A stretch of 32,000 nt of DNA from Alkanindiges sp. WGS2144 (GCF_043950625.1 NZ_CP171007.1); one strand, 5' to 3'; counted from the first letter of the stretch, positions 1 through 8,461 are shown. Numbers and translations are program-made. The notes: generated from the sequence alone by a model not told the origin.

Positions 1-608
1 TCAGGGAACCCAGCAACCAAAAACTCATTCCTGGCTGGTTATGGATGATTTTTGGTATGCTGTTGGGGCTGTTCATTATGGTATTGCTATACCTATGGCA
101 GCCCTGGCGCCCGGCCAGCCGCCCCATTGATGCAACGCAAACTATCACTCCTGATCATAGTGATGAACAAACCAATCAGGATTATCAGTTTTATGATTTG
201 CTACCCAAGCAGCAGGTTACCCCGGTGCCCAGCGATGCAGTGCCCACGGATCCGCAAGCCGCCAATAGCAATATTATTGTAGCCCCTCCTGTTAGCGTTG
301 AGGTTCCTGATGTCAGCCCGGCACAAAACGCCGCCAATGCTGATCCAGCTGAAATTAATGAAACCACTACACTACAGTATATTTTGCAGGTCAATAGCTA
401 CCAGAACCCTGACGATGCCGATGCCCGGCGTGCTGAAATCCTGTTAGTGGGTTTACCTGCCGATGTGCGTCAGAGCAAGCTTGCTGATGGCAGTATGTGG
501 TTTCGGGTGGTATCCGGGCCATTTGCCAGTCGGGCAGAAGCTTTAAATGCCCAAAGCCTGCTGCAAAACAGTGGTATTGATTCATTAGTGGTGGAACAAC
601 GCCGCTAA
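1..608 (+). CDS. SPOR-domain cell-division / peptidoglycan-binding protein (FtsN/DedD-like), probably 5'-truncated by the window edge
   Basis: The frame stays open from nt 3 to the window edge (REPSNQKLIPGWLW precedes the first ATG at 45). It has one TM helix (MIFGMLLGLFIMVLLYLW) and a Pro/Ala/Gln-rich linker. The C-terminus is SPOR-like (YILQVNSYQNPDDADARRAEILL...WFRVVSGPFASRAEALNAQSLLQ). Stop at 606-608. Confidence 0.7.
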   Translation, partial: REPSNQKLIPGWLWMIFGMLLGLFIMVLLYLWQPWRPASRPIDATQTITPDHSDEQTNQDYQFYDLLPKQQVTPVPSDAVPTDPQAANSNIIVAPPVSVEVPDVSPAQNAANADPAEINETTTLQYILQVNSYQNPDDADARRAEILLVGLPADVRQSKLADGSMWFRVVSGPFASRAEALNAQSLLQNSGIDSLVVEQRR

Positions 609-633
609 AACCAGCTTTCCTTGAAATAAGCAA

Positions 634-656
634 GCCTGTATGAATAGCATACAGGC
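634..656. terminator. Hairpin between convergent genes (possible bidirectional terminator)
   Basis: GCCTGTATG-aatag-CATACAGGC gives a perfect 9-bp stem. The T-tract is only moderate, on the minus-strand side (TTGCTTATTTC). Confidence 0.4.
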
Positions 657-667
657 CACTGATCAGC

Positions 668-1267
668 CTAATGGGTACTATTTAAATAACCTATAATCAT
701 ACTGCTGAGCTCCTGCTTGACTTCGTCATCAGTAAATTTGGGCGGGTTCTGTGAGCAGTAATTGATGATGGTGTACAGGGTGCTATTGATCACAATGAAG
801 GCCTTGATATTAATCTTGTCCGGTGCGGTGCCCTGAAAAAACTTGCCCAATACAAATACCCAGAGTTCAAAAAAGTGGTTCTGCAAAATTTCCATGGGCT
901 TCTGGGTATTCAGCTGGTGCAAATGTCGAATGATTTCAATATAAAAACCATTATTGGCACGTAATTGCTCAAAACCAAACTCTATTGCACCACGCAACAA
1001 ATCTTCTAATTGCGAGGCACGATGGCATAAAACATACTCTTTGAGCGCCTGACCCAGTGCATGACTTTTTTGTTCCAGTAAACACTCTACAATTTCTTGT
1101 TTATTGCTAAAATACTGATAAATGGAGCCTACACCCACGCCAGATTGCTCTGAAATTTTGGGAGTAGTTAGTTCGCTTAGACCGTGCTGGGCAATATAAT
1201 CTTCGGTTACTTGTAATATCCGGCCAACCAGTTCTTTAGCACGTTGTTGCTTAGGCTGTTTACGCAT
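668..1267 (-). CDS. TetR/AcrR-family transcriptional regulator
   Basis: 199-aa ORF with an N-terminal TetR HTH (LSELTTPKISEQSGVGVGSIYQYFSNKQEI). ATG at 1267 is preceded by AGGAA 7 nt upstream. Confidence 0.9.
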   Translation of the reverse strand: MRKQPKQQRAKELVGRILQVTEDYIAQHGLSELTTPKISEQSGVGVGSIYQYFSNKQEIVECLLEQKSHALGQALKEYVLCHRASQLEDLLRGAIEFGFEQLRANNGFYIEIIRHLHQLNTQKPMEILQNHFFELWVFVLGKFFQGTAPDKINIKAFIVINSTLYTIINYCSQNPPKFTDDEVKQELSSMIIGYLNSTH

Positions 1268-1569
1268 GGTGTATTCCTAAAAATCCTTCCCAATAAGCAA
1301 ATGTAAATTCGCATTAGCTCTGTAGTAATTCAATGGCATAAATATTCATTTTTAAATTTTTTAATTCAATTAATTAAGCATAGGATTCAAAGAATTAGTT
1401 GTCATATTCTGCCAATGAGTACTTCATCTGGCTTTTTTTAAATGCATTAGATAAAACAATTATAATTTCTACATCATTTATCTGGCTGTGCTTTTATGAT
1501 GTGCTTATAAATACAGCACCCACTGATATAACAATCAATGCGTGCCGTAGATAGCTAACAACTGATGGT

Positions 1570-2418
1570 TTAGCTCGCTCGCGCCTTGCGCTGTTGCAGC
1601 TTGGAACCAAGTACCATGATTTTCTGATAACCTGACGGCAACAAACGCTGCATCAGTTCTACCATCTTGGCGTCGTTGCCGATCAGCAGGCGACGGTCAT
1701 TGTTGCGTACAGCCTGCAAAATCTGGCGGGCGGCTTCCTCTGGCGGAGTGCGCAGCAGCTTGTTAAATTCCTTGCTGGCTTTTTCCGGGTTCATGCCCAA
1801 GCTAAGAATGCTGTCATTCATGCGTGCTGCATTGGCAATATTGGTACGAATGCCTCCCGGATGCACACAGGTAGCACTGACGCCATTGTTCTGGATATCC
1901 AGTTCCTGGCGCAAGGATTCGGTAAAACCACGTACCGCAAACTTGCTGGCATTATAAGCACTCTGAGTCGGCTGTGCAGTTAGGCCAAATAGACTGGATA
2001 CATTAATAATATGCCCCTCACCAGCAGCTTTAAGATGCGGTAAAAACTCCTTGGTGCCATAAACCACGCCCCAGAAATTAATTCCCATCATCCATTCCAG
2101 CTCTTCATAGCTCATGCCTTCTACGGTACTGCCAAGCGCTACGCCTGCATTGTTAAAAATCAGGTTCACTTTGCCGTGAGCCTTCACGGTATCGTCTGCC
2201 CAGGCTTTCATGGCCTTGCGGTCAGATACGTCCAGAACCGTGGTGGTTACTTTGACCTGATAAGATTGTAAAAGCGCTGCCGTTTCAGCCAGTCCCCGCT
2301 CATTAATATCGCTTAAGGCCAGCTGTGCACCCTGTTTGGCGAGCAGTACTGCCAGTTGCTGACCAATACCCGAACCTGCGCCAGTAATGGCGGCAACTTT
2401 ATGGTTGAAGTCCTTCAT
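1570..2418 (-). CDS. Classical short-chain dehydrogenase/reductase (SDR family oxidoreductase)
   Basis: Carries TGAGSGIG (cofactor), NNAG, and the catalytic S...YNASK motif. I place the start at ATG 2418 (MKDFNHKVAAITGAG) because AGGAAAG lies 7 nt upstream. The 27 extra N-terminal residues in the ORF track (to 2499) run through the predicted promoter. Confidence 0.9.
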   Translation of the reverse strand: MKDFNHKVAAITGAGSGIGQQLAVLLAKQGAQLALSDINERGLAETAALLQSYQVKVTTTVLDVSDRKAMKAWADDTVKAHGKVNLIFNNAGVALGSTVEGMSYEELEWMMGINFWGVVYGTKEFLPHLKAAGEGHIINVSSLFGLTAQPTQSAYNASKFAVRGFTESLRQELDIQNNGVSATCVHPGGIRTNIANAARMNDSILSLGMNPEKASKEFNKLLRTPPEEAARQILQAVRNNDRRLLIGNDAKMVELMQRLLPSGYQKIMVLGSKLQQRKARAS

Positions 2419-2470
2419 GTTGAACTTTCCTAAATGAAATGTGATTAATCTAAAACCTGTATTGCTAAGC

Positions 2471-2499
2471 ACTATAATTTTGACAACGCCTATTGTCAA
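2471..2499 (-). promoter_or_regulatory. Sigma70-type promoter of the SDR gene with an embedded inverted-repeat operator
   Basis: Minus strand reads TTGACA (2499-2494), 17 nt, TATAGT (2476-2471). The inverted repeat TTGACAA-N6-TTGTCAA (2480-2499) fills the spacer and -35 region. Confidence 0.6.
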
Positions 2500-2592
2500 T
2501 AATTATTAAAACGGTGTACTGAGCTAGCATAACTGCTGAAGACAGGCTGTCGATGGCAATAGCATCCAGTTAACCTTATTTATTTGTGCCAG

Positions 2593-3564
2593 TTAAACCA
2601 GCCGCCTGATTTTAATCACCACCGCAGCAATCCGTTCAGCATCTGCATAATGTGGTTCATTAAGCTCATCGGCAAAGATATCCGGGTCAACTTCCTGATA
2701 ATGCAGGCTAAATTGCTGTTTATGAGCCTGCATAAACTCAGTCAACGCCTGACAAAGCAGATCCTGCCCGTTAGCAATCACAACGCCGGTATATAACAGC
2801 AAAGTACCGTCAGGGGATAAATAGCCCAGCGATTGCTTGATGATATTCAGGCTGAGTTCTGCACCCAGAAGGTTGCCACCATGCCGATAGAGACGCTCAG
2901 AATGGTCAATCAGATACGGCGGATTGGCGGTAATTAGCTCAAACTGTCCATTGAGCCCATCAAACAGATTGCTGTGTACTGCATGAAGGTTAGTGACCTG
3001 ATTAATGGCTGCATTAATCATGGCATATTGTAATGCCAGCGGATTAACATCCACCGCGATTACTTCGGCATGGGGTGCATAACGGGCCAGCGTCATGGCA
3101 GCCGGGGCAGCACCGCTACACATTTCAATAGCACGTTTAATCACAGGCTGATGCAATGCCAGATGTTGCTCCAGTGCATGAATAAACCGATAGGTATCCG
3201 GGCCAAAAAATACCGCAGTCTCACTATCCGTAGGATAAGCAGAATGAATAAAATACTGCTGGTTAAGCGTCGCTACCCGAATCTGGCTGCACCATAAATG
3301 CTGCTGCTGGTAAATTAGCTGATAATTTAGCAACAGCCTGAATATATTCTCCGGTATCAGGCTGGATTTAAATGGCAACGACCAGCCAAAAATATCATGA
3401 AGATTACTAGCCTGGGTTTTGCCCGTGCGCTTAAGGTACGCTGCATGACTGGTCGGACACACCGTATGAAACCCATAAGACTGATGCTGTAGCCACTGTA
3501 AAAATTGCCCGATATCCTGTTGTAGTCCCGTGACACTATGTTCTAAGGCATGTGCTTCTGTCAT
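2593..3564 (-). CDS. Class I SAM-dependent methyltransferase with NPPY catalytic motif (N-methyltransferase type); substrate unknown
   Basis: 323-aa ORF. ELITANPPY is motif IV of amino-group (N) methyltransferases such as PrmC/RsmC/N6-Mtases. EVIAVDVNP supplies the acidic motif II. Motif I is atypical (IEMCSGAAPAA instead of GxGxG). About 140 aa at the N-terminus have no motif I recognise. ATG at 3564 with AGGA upstream. Confidence 0.8.
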   Translation of the reverse strand: MTEAHALEHSVTGLQQDIGQFLQWLQHQSYGFHTVCPTSHAAYLKRTGKTQASNLHDIFGWSLPFKSSLIPENIFRLLLNYQLIYQQQHLWCSQIRVATLNQQYFIHSAYPTDSETAVFFGPDTYRFIHALEQHLALHQPVIKRAIEMCSGAAPAAMTLARYAPHAEVIAVDVNPLALQYAMINAAINQVTNLHAVHSNLFDGLNGQFELITANPPYLIDHSERLYRHGGNLLGAELSLNIIKQSLGYLSPDGTLLLYTGVVIANGQDLLCQALTEFMQAHKQQFSLHYQEVDPDIFADELNEPHYADAERIAAVVIKIRRLV

Positions 3565-3731
3565 TGCTGGCTATCCTACTGTAATTTGATTTTCAAAGAA
3601 AAAATTCTCATCCCTCAATAAAATCGCTATCTCTACCGTAACAATGCAAAGCGACCTACCACAAAACTTTACACCAGAGCAGGTCATTTAACGATGTAAT
3701 CCTGTTCAGGAATTGTAGTAGGAACAACAAC

Positions 3732-5192
3732 ATGCTGAGCTTACAAAGAAATATTCTGAATCATTTTTTCTTGGGAAAACTGCCTGATGCTGATATCAAG
3801 GCACCTCATACTTACCGCCAGTTTTATCAGGCCTTTTTGCAAGCTTATCCTGACGCTGCCACCCACCGGCAGGCAGAGCATTTTTTACAGCAGCAACTGG
3901 GCTGGGCAGCCAGACAATCGTGTGATTTACCTGAAAATCCCGATGACCTGCATCAATGGTTACAACAGCACACTGAACGCACCGGCTATGCCTATCAACA
4001 ATATTTAAAATCACGCCAACAAGGGGCACCGCGGCGCTTTTTTGCCAACAAAAGTGAAGCTCTGCTCTTCCTGCAACGGGTCGAACCCACCAAGCGCGTG
4101 GACGGGTCATGGTTATATGGCACGCTACACTCCTGGCATGATGCAGGCTGTGCTCACCTGATCCGTACCTACCTGGATGAGCTGGGCAATGGTTTATCTG
4201 CACAAAACCATGTGCTTTTATTCCAGCAACTCTTGGCCAAAGAAGGCATATCGGTAAGCAATAATCTGCCTGATGAATATTATCATCAGGGCTGTATTCA
4301 GCTGGCGCTTGGCTTGCTGGGGCAGGAATATCTACCCGAAGTGATCGGCTTTAACCTGGGCTACGAACAAATGCCGCTGCATTTACTCATTACGACGTAT
4401 GAGCTAGATGAGCTAGGCATCGATCCGTATTATTTTAGCCTGCATGTCACTGTGGACAATGCCCACAATGGTCATGCACAGCAGGCAGTGGAAGCAGTAT
4501 TTGCCATGCTGCCCCTGTTTAAGGATCGTGATGAATTCTACCAGCGTATCCGCCGCGGCTATCTACTCAATAATTTAGGGGCTTGCACCGAGCAAATTAT
4601 TAAGGAAATTGACCTCAAGCAGGCGGTGGTTGAGGTATTTCGTGACAAAGCGGTGGTGGGACAGTTTGCCCATGGCAATTATTGTCGTATGGGTGGCCGC
4701 ACCATTAATGAATGGCTGAGCAATACGGATGACATAGAGCGCTTTATTGATTTCATGCAGGAAGCCGGCTGGGTCAAGCGCCATGAAAACCCGGAAAACA
4801 GTCGATTCTGGCAGCTTATCCGTGGTGAAAAAGCGGTGATGTACGGGGTGTTCAGTCAGGCCGAACAGCAAATTATGTATGACTGGATTGCTGGCAAATG
4901 GTTAAGCAGTCCCGGGGCGCCACGTCCGCGACGTTATCGTGCGGTACACCGTCATGTCACTGATGTGATGCCATCACAAACCTTGAGCGTGCAGCAGGCT
5001 TTAAACAGCAAAAATACCGATCTGGCACATTTGGCACAAAAGCTGGTTGAACGCGATACTTCAGAACAGGCGTTTTATCTGCTGGCGCCTTATTTATCGC
5101 CTGCCCTGCACACCAGCCCGGTGGGATTATGGGCCACCCAGCAATTTTTAAAACTGTTTGATCAGGAAGCTAGCATGCCCATGCAATCCTGA
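3732..5192 (+). CDS. Heme-oxygenase-like diiron oxidase/oxygenase (HDO) superfamily protein ('iron-containing redox enzyme' family)
   Basis: 486-aa ORF with ATG 3732 preceded by AGGAA. The ligand pattern is E150-x9-H160 (YLDELGNGLSAQNH), E212 (GFNLGYEQMPLH) and H238-x3-D242-x2-H245 (HVTVDNAHNGH). This is the 3-His/3-carboxylate arrangement described for HDO enzymes (CADD, UndA, SznF class). About 120 aa at the N-terminus and about 200 aa at the C-terminus are of unknown role. Confidence 0.8.
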   Translation: MLSLQRNILNHFFLGKLPDADIKAPHTYRQFYQAFLQAYPDAATHRQAEHFLQQQLGWAARQSCDLPENPDDLHQWLQQHTERTGYAYQQYLKSRQQGAPRRFFANKSEALLFLQRVEPTKRVDGSWLYGTLHSWHDAGCAHLIRTYLDELGNGLSAQNHVLLFQQLLAKEGISVSNNLPDEYYHQGCIQLALGLLGQEYLPEVIGFNLGYEQMPLHLLITTYELDELGIDPYYFSLHVTVDNAHNGHAQQAVEAVFAMLPLFKDRDEFYQRIRRGYLLNNLGACTEQIIKEIDLKQAVVEVFRDKAVVGQFAHGNYCRMGGRTINEWLSNTDDIERFIDFMQEAGWVKRHENPENSRFWQLIRGEKAVMYGVFSQAEQQIMYDWIAGKWLSSPGAPRPRRYRAVHRHVTDVMPSQTLSVQQALNSKNTDLAHLAQKLVERDTSEQAFYLLAPYLSPALHTSPVGLWATQQFLKLFDQEASMPMQS

Positions 5193-5233
5193 CAGAAATA
5201 GAACATATAGCTGATGAACCGGTTTGCCATGAC

Positions 5234-5270
5234 ACGCGGTAATTGCCAATTCATTACCGCGTATTTTTAT
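5234..5270 (+). terminator. Rho-independent terminator of the HDO gene
   Basis: ACGCGGTAAT-tgccaattc-ATTACCGCGT gives a perfect 10-bp stem followed by ATTTTTATTCTTTT. Confidence 0.8.
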
Positions 5271-5428
5271 TCTTTTGATGACAAAGAATCATGATCCATC
5301 AACTCCAGGTCAGTTTCAGTTTATATCAGATATCAGACGGCTTGAGCAAAGATGACAGTCCGGTCACTTTGTGGCATGCTGACTGACTTCATTGTTTGAC
5401 CCATTACTGCCGAGCCAGCCATAAGCCA

Positions 5429-6235
5429 ATGAGTGAGCATTCATCCCATCCTGACAATGCAGACGCATTAACACCAGCGCATTCTGCCACAACACCGGCC
5501 TGTTCAGACGTAGAGACACCTAATCATCTCTCTGCATCCTCTAAGAGCCCTGCTGCTGTACAAAAACCTGCGGCCTCCCGACAGCGCAGCAGTCAAAGTG
5601 CCAGTCGGCGGCGTAGCTTTAAAGGCCTGAGTCTGGAACAGCGTCAAAATGAACGGCGTGAAAAACTGATTGAAGCGGGCTTGCAGATTTATGGTACACA
5701 AGGCTTTTTTTCAGTGACTGTACGGGATGTCTGTGCCGAGGCCAAACTGACCGAGCGCTACTTTTATGAATCCTTTAAGCGCAGTGAAGAGTTGTTTAAA
5801 ACTGTCTATCTGCGCCTGATTGAACAGCTACAGCAAAATATTCTGGCAGCAGTAATGCAAAGCAAGGCCGACCCACGCCTGATGGTGGAATCTGGTCTGA
5901 CTGCCCTGTTAAGGTCTTTACAGGACGACCCGCGTATGGCCCGGATTTTGTTTATTGATGCCATTTTGGTGCATGAAATGCAGGGCAATACCATTTATGA
6001 ATCCGTGGCTCGCTTTGACCGCATGATTCAGGGCTTTATGATGCTGATGTTTCCAAAAAAACCCAGCAAGGATACGGATTTGTCCTTAGTGTCCACCGGC
6101 TTAAATGGCTATGTGACCCATATTGCCATGCGCTGGGTGATCGGTGGCTTTAAGGAACCCTTTAACCAGGTGCTGGCCGCATGTCAGGTGGCTTATTTGT
6201 CTATTTTGCAATGGATGGAAAAAGCACCAGATTAG
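5429..6235 (+). CDS. TetR/AcrR-family transcriptional regulator with a long low-complexity N-terminal extension
   Basis: The TetR HTH is RREKLIEAGLQIYGTQGFFSVTVRDVCAEAKLTERYFYESF. The first ATG is at 5429; the ORF-track start at 5396 is TTG. No in-frame ATG/GTG/TTG lies closer to the HTH, so roughly 70 Ser/Ala/Pro-rich residues appear to be genuinely encoded. No obvious RBS, so the start is uncertain. Confidence 0.75.
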   Translation: MSEHSSHPDNADALTPAHSATTPACSDVETPNHLSASSKSPAAVQKPAASRQRSSQSASRRRSFKGLSLEQRQNERREKLIEAGLQIYGTQGFFSVTVRDVCAEAKLTERYFYESFKRSEELFKTVYLRLIEQLQQNILAAVMQSKADPRLMVESGLTALLRSLQDDPRMARILFIDAILVHEMQGNTIYESVARFDRMIQGFMMLMFPKKPSKDTDLSLVSTGLNGYVTHIAMRWVIGGFKEPFNQVLAACQVAYLSILQWMEKAPD

Positions 6236-6341
6236 CAATACTGGCAGATTATTGGGATAAAACGTCTGACAGTCCACCCATTGAGCAAAATATTTCAAAT
6301 TGATGATAAAAAATTTATTTTAAATGCCTTTTGCAATCAAA

Positions 6342-6375
6342 CTGTCATATTTTGGCTTTGTAATAGCTTTGTCAT
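6342..6375 (+). promoter_or_regulatory. Pho box(es) upstream of phoB (autoregulation)
   Basis: TTGTAAT-AGCT-TTGTCAT (6358-6375) has the 7+4+7 architecture of the PhoB-binding consensus CTGTCAT-AWAW-CTGTCAY. An exact CTGTCAT heptamer also sits at 6342-6348. The site is about 50 nt upstream of the phoB ATG. Confidence 0.55.
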
Positions 6376-6425
6376 ATTAAATGGCAATCGCTCACATGCA
6401 GTTGCCTGTCTTACAGGATTAAAAC

Positions 6426-7127
6426 ATGAACAATGAATATATTTTAATTGTTGACGATGAAGCGCCCATCCGTGACATGATTCAAATGGCGCTGGATATG
6501 GCTGAATTTAACAGCCAGCAGGCAATTGATGCCAGAGAAGCCTATCAAATGATTGTTGACCAGCGTCCCTGCCTGATTTTACTGGACTGGATGCTGCCCG
6601 GCGGGGTAAGTGGAGTGGATTTGTGCCGCCGCCTAAAACGTGATGAAACGCTCAATGAAATCCCTATTATCATGCTGACTGCACGTGGTGAGGAAGACCA
6701 CAAGGTTCAGGGACTGGATGCCGGTGCCGATGATTATATGACTAAACCGTTTTCTACCCGTGAGCTATTATCGCGCATCAAAGCAGTCCTACGTCGCAGT
6801 AATGCCTTAAGCAATGAAAAGCGGGTTGAAGCGGGAAAACTAGTGCTTGACCCAGTCAGCCAGCGGGTTAATTATCAGGATAAAGTCATTGAAATTGGAC
6901 CGACTGAATACCGCTTGCTGGCATTTTTTATGACTCATCCGGATCGTGCCTATACCCGCGCACAACTGCTGGATCAGGTCTGGGGCGGTAATGTGTATAT
7001 TGAGGATCGCACCATTGACGTCCATATTCGACGCCTGCGCAAGATTCTGGAACCTTATGGCGTGGACGGCTTTGTGCAGACGGTACGCGGCACGGGCTAC
7101 CGTTTTTCTACCCGCATTGATGCCTGA
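6426..7127 (+). CDS. phoB: Phosphate regulon response regulator PhoB (OmpR family)
   Basis: Receiver domain (ILIVDDE...LLDWMLPG...MLTARGEEDHKVQGLDAGADDYMTKPF) plus a winged-helix output domain (VRGTGYRF). It is followed directly by phoR and preceded by a Pho box. Confidence 0.92.
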   Translation: MNNEYILIVDDEAPIRDMIQMALDMAEFNSQQAIDAREAYQMIVDQRPCLILLDWMLPGGVSGVDLCRRLKRDETLNEIPIIMLTARGEEDHKVQGLDAGADDYMTKPFSTRELLSRIKAVLRRSNALSNEKRVEAGKLVLDPVSQRVNYQDKVIEIGPTEYRLLAFFMTHPDRAYTRAQLLDQVWGGNVYIEDRTIDVHIRRLRKILEPYGVDGFVQTVRGTGYRFSTRIDA

Positions 7128-7142
7128 CCTCACTATAATTTT

Positions 7143-8450
7143 ATGAATACCAATGCCCTGCTGATCTGGCGGGATCTGATCAAGGATTTACGCGTTTGCC
7201 TGCTCCTGCTGCTTGCTGCCGGGATGATTGGCCTGCTACTTGACGCCTTGTGGCCATGCCTGCTGATCGCACTGTTGTTATTTATTGCCCTGCAATTTCG
7301 GGCGTTTTACCGGATTTATTACTGGATTCGCTACCAGCCAGAACAAAATCCACCCGAGTTATCCGGTGTTCTGGGTGAGATTCTATTTTTACTGTATCGC
7401 TACCAGCGTCAGGAAAAGCAGGCCAAAGCCGAGTTGATGAATACCATTTATCGTGCCCAATCGTCCATTTCAGCACTACAGGAAGCAGTGGTACTGATTG
7501 ATCGTCAGCAACAGCTGGAATGGTGGAATCCAGCTGCCGAGCAAGTGCTCGGGCTGAAAGCAGTAGATGCAAGACGTCCAGTATTAAATATTATCCGGCA
7601 CCCTGATTTTATGCATTATTTTGACAATCTGAAGGATTACCCCAACGGCATCAAGCTGTCTTCCTGGGTTAAACCACAGCATTTTATTCAGTGTGAAATC
7701 ACCCGCTTTGGTGATGATGAACATTTGCTGCTGGCTTATGACATTACTCACCTGCACCGGCTGGAACAAATGCGCAAGGATTTTGTTGCCAATGTATCGC
7801 ACGAGCTGCGCACCCCGCTAACAGTGCTTAGCGGTTACTTGGAAATGTTTGGCGAACAGGATATTAACCCGCGCTGGCAGCGTGGCTTTGAACAAATGCA
7901 GCAGCAAACCCGGCGCATGAATGCACTGGTTGAAGATTTGCTGCTGTTATCACGGCTGGAAAACGAGGAGCTTGGCAGCAAGGATCAAAGCATTCGCATG
8001 GCTGCTCTATTACAGCAGCTATTTGAAGATGCCAAAGCGTACAACAGCGATTTTGGTCATCAGCTATCCTTGCATCTGGACAGCGCCTGCAACCTACTTG
8101 GTTCTGCCCATGAAATAGCCAGCGCATTTAGCAACCTGATCACCAACGCCATTAAATACACGCCTAAAGGAGGCATGATTGAAATTGGCTGGTACCATGA
8201 TGCCAAACATGGCTATTTTTATGTTAAGGACAATGGTATTGGGATTGAAGCGCATCATCTGGCCCGGCTCACCGAACGCTTTTACCGGGTAGATAATGCA
8301 CGTAGCCGGGAAGCCGGTGGCACAGGCTTGGGACTCGCTATTGTCAAACATGTACTGGCACAACACGATGCTTATCTGGATATCCAGTCTACTCCTGGAC
8401 AGGGTGCCATCTTTAAAGCCGTGTTTAACGCTTCACGCCTGGTGGCCTAG
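7143..8450 (+). CDS. phoR: Phosphate regulon sensor histidine kinase PhoR
   Basis: Two N-terminal TM segments, a PAS-like region, an H-box (FVANVSHELRTPLT), and N/G boxes (NLITNAIKYTP, DNGIGI, GGTGLGLAIVKH). Lies 15 nt downstream of phoB. Confidence 0.92.
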   Translation: MNTNALLIWRDLIKDLRVCLLLLLAAGMIGLLLDALWPCLLIALLLFIALQFRAFYRIYYWIRYQPEQNPPELSGVLGEILFLLYRYQRQEKQAKAELMNTIYRAQSSISALQEAVVLIDRQQQLEWWNPAAEQVLGLKAVDARRPVLNIIRHPDFMHYFDNLKDYPNGIKLSSWVKPQHFIQCEITRFGDDEHLLLAYDITHLHRLEQMRKDFVANVSHELRTPLTVLSGYLEMFGEQDINPRWQRGFEQMQQQTRRMNALVEDLLLLSRLENEELGSKDQSIRMAALLQQLFEDAKAYNSDFGHQLSLHLDSACNLLGSAHEIASAFSNLITNAIKYTPKGGMIEIGWYHDAKHGYFYVKDNGIGIEAHHLARLTERFYRVDNARSREAGGTGLGLAIVKHVLAQHDAYLDIQSTPGQGAIFKAVFNASRLVA

Positions 8451-8461
8451 CACGGTTGGTT

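Noticed and set aside
52-633. Alternative-frame and antisense ORFs (76, 67 and 80 aa) overlapping the SPOR gene
   Set aside because: They overlap a frame with a clear TM-linker-SPOR architecture, and none has motifs or translation signals.
2419-2499. 27-codon N-terminal extension of the SDR ORF
   Set aside because: The extension overlaps the predicted TTGACA-17-TATAGT promoter. The internal ATG at 2418 has a good AGGAAAG RBS and gives the normal distance to the TGxxxGxG motif.
3796-4203. 135-aa antisense ORF inside the HDO gene, with similar antisense ORFs in DUF445 (9138-9575) and the esterase gene (20036-20404)
   Set aside because: These are shadow ORFs in moderately GC-rich coding DNA. 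The sense frames carry the diagnostic motifs.
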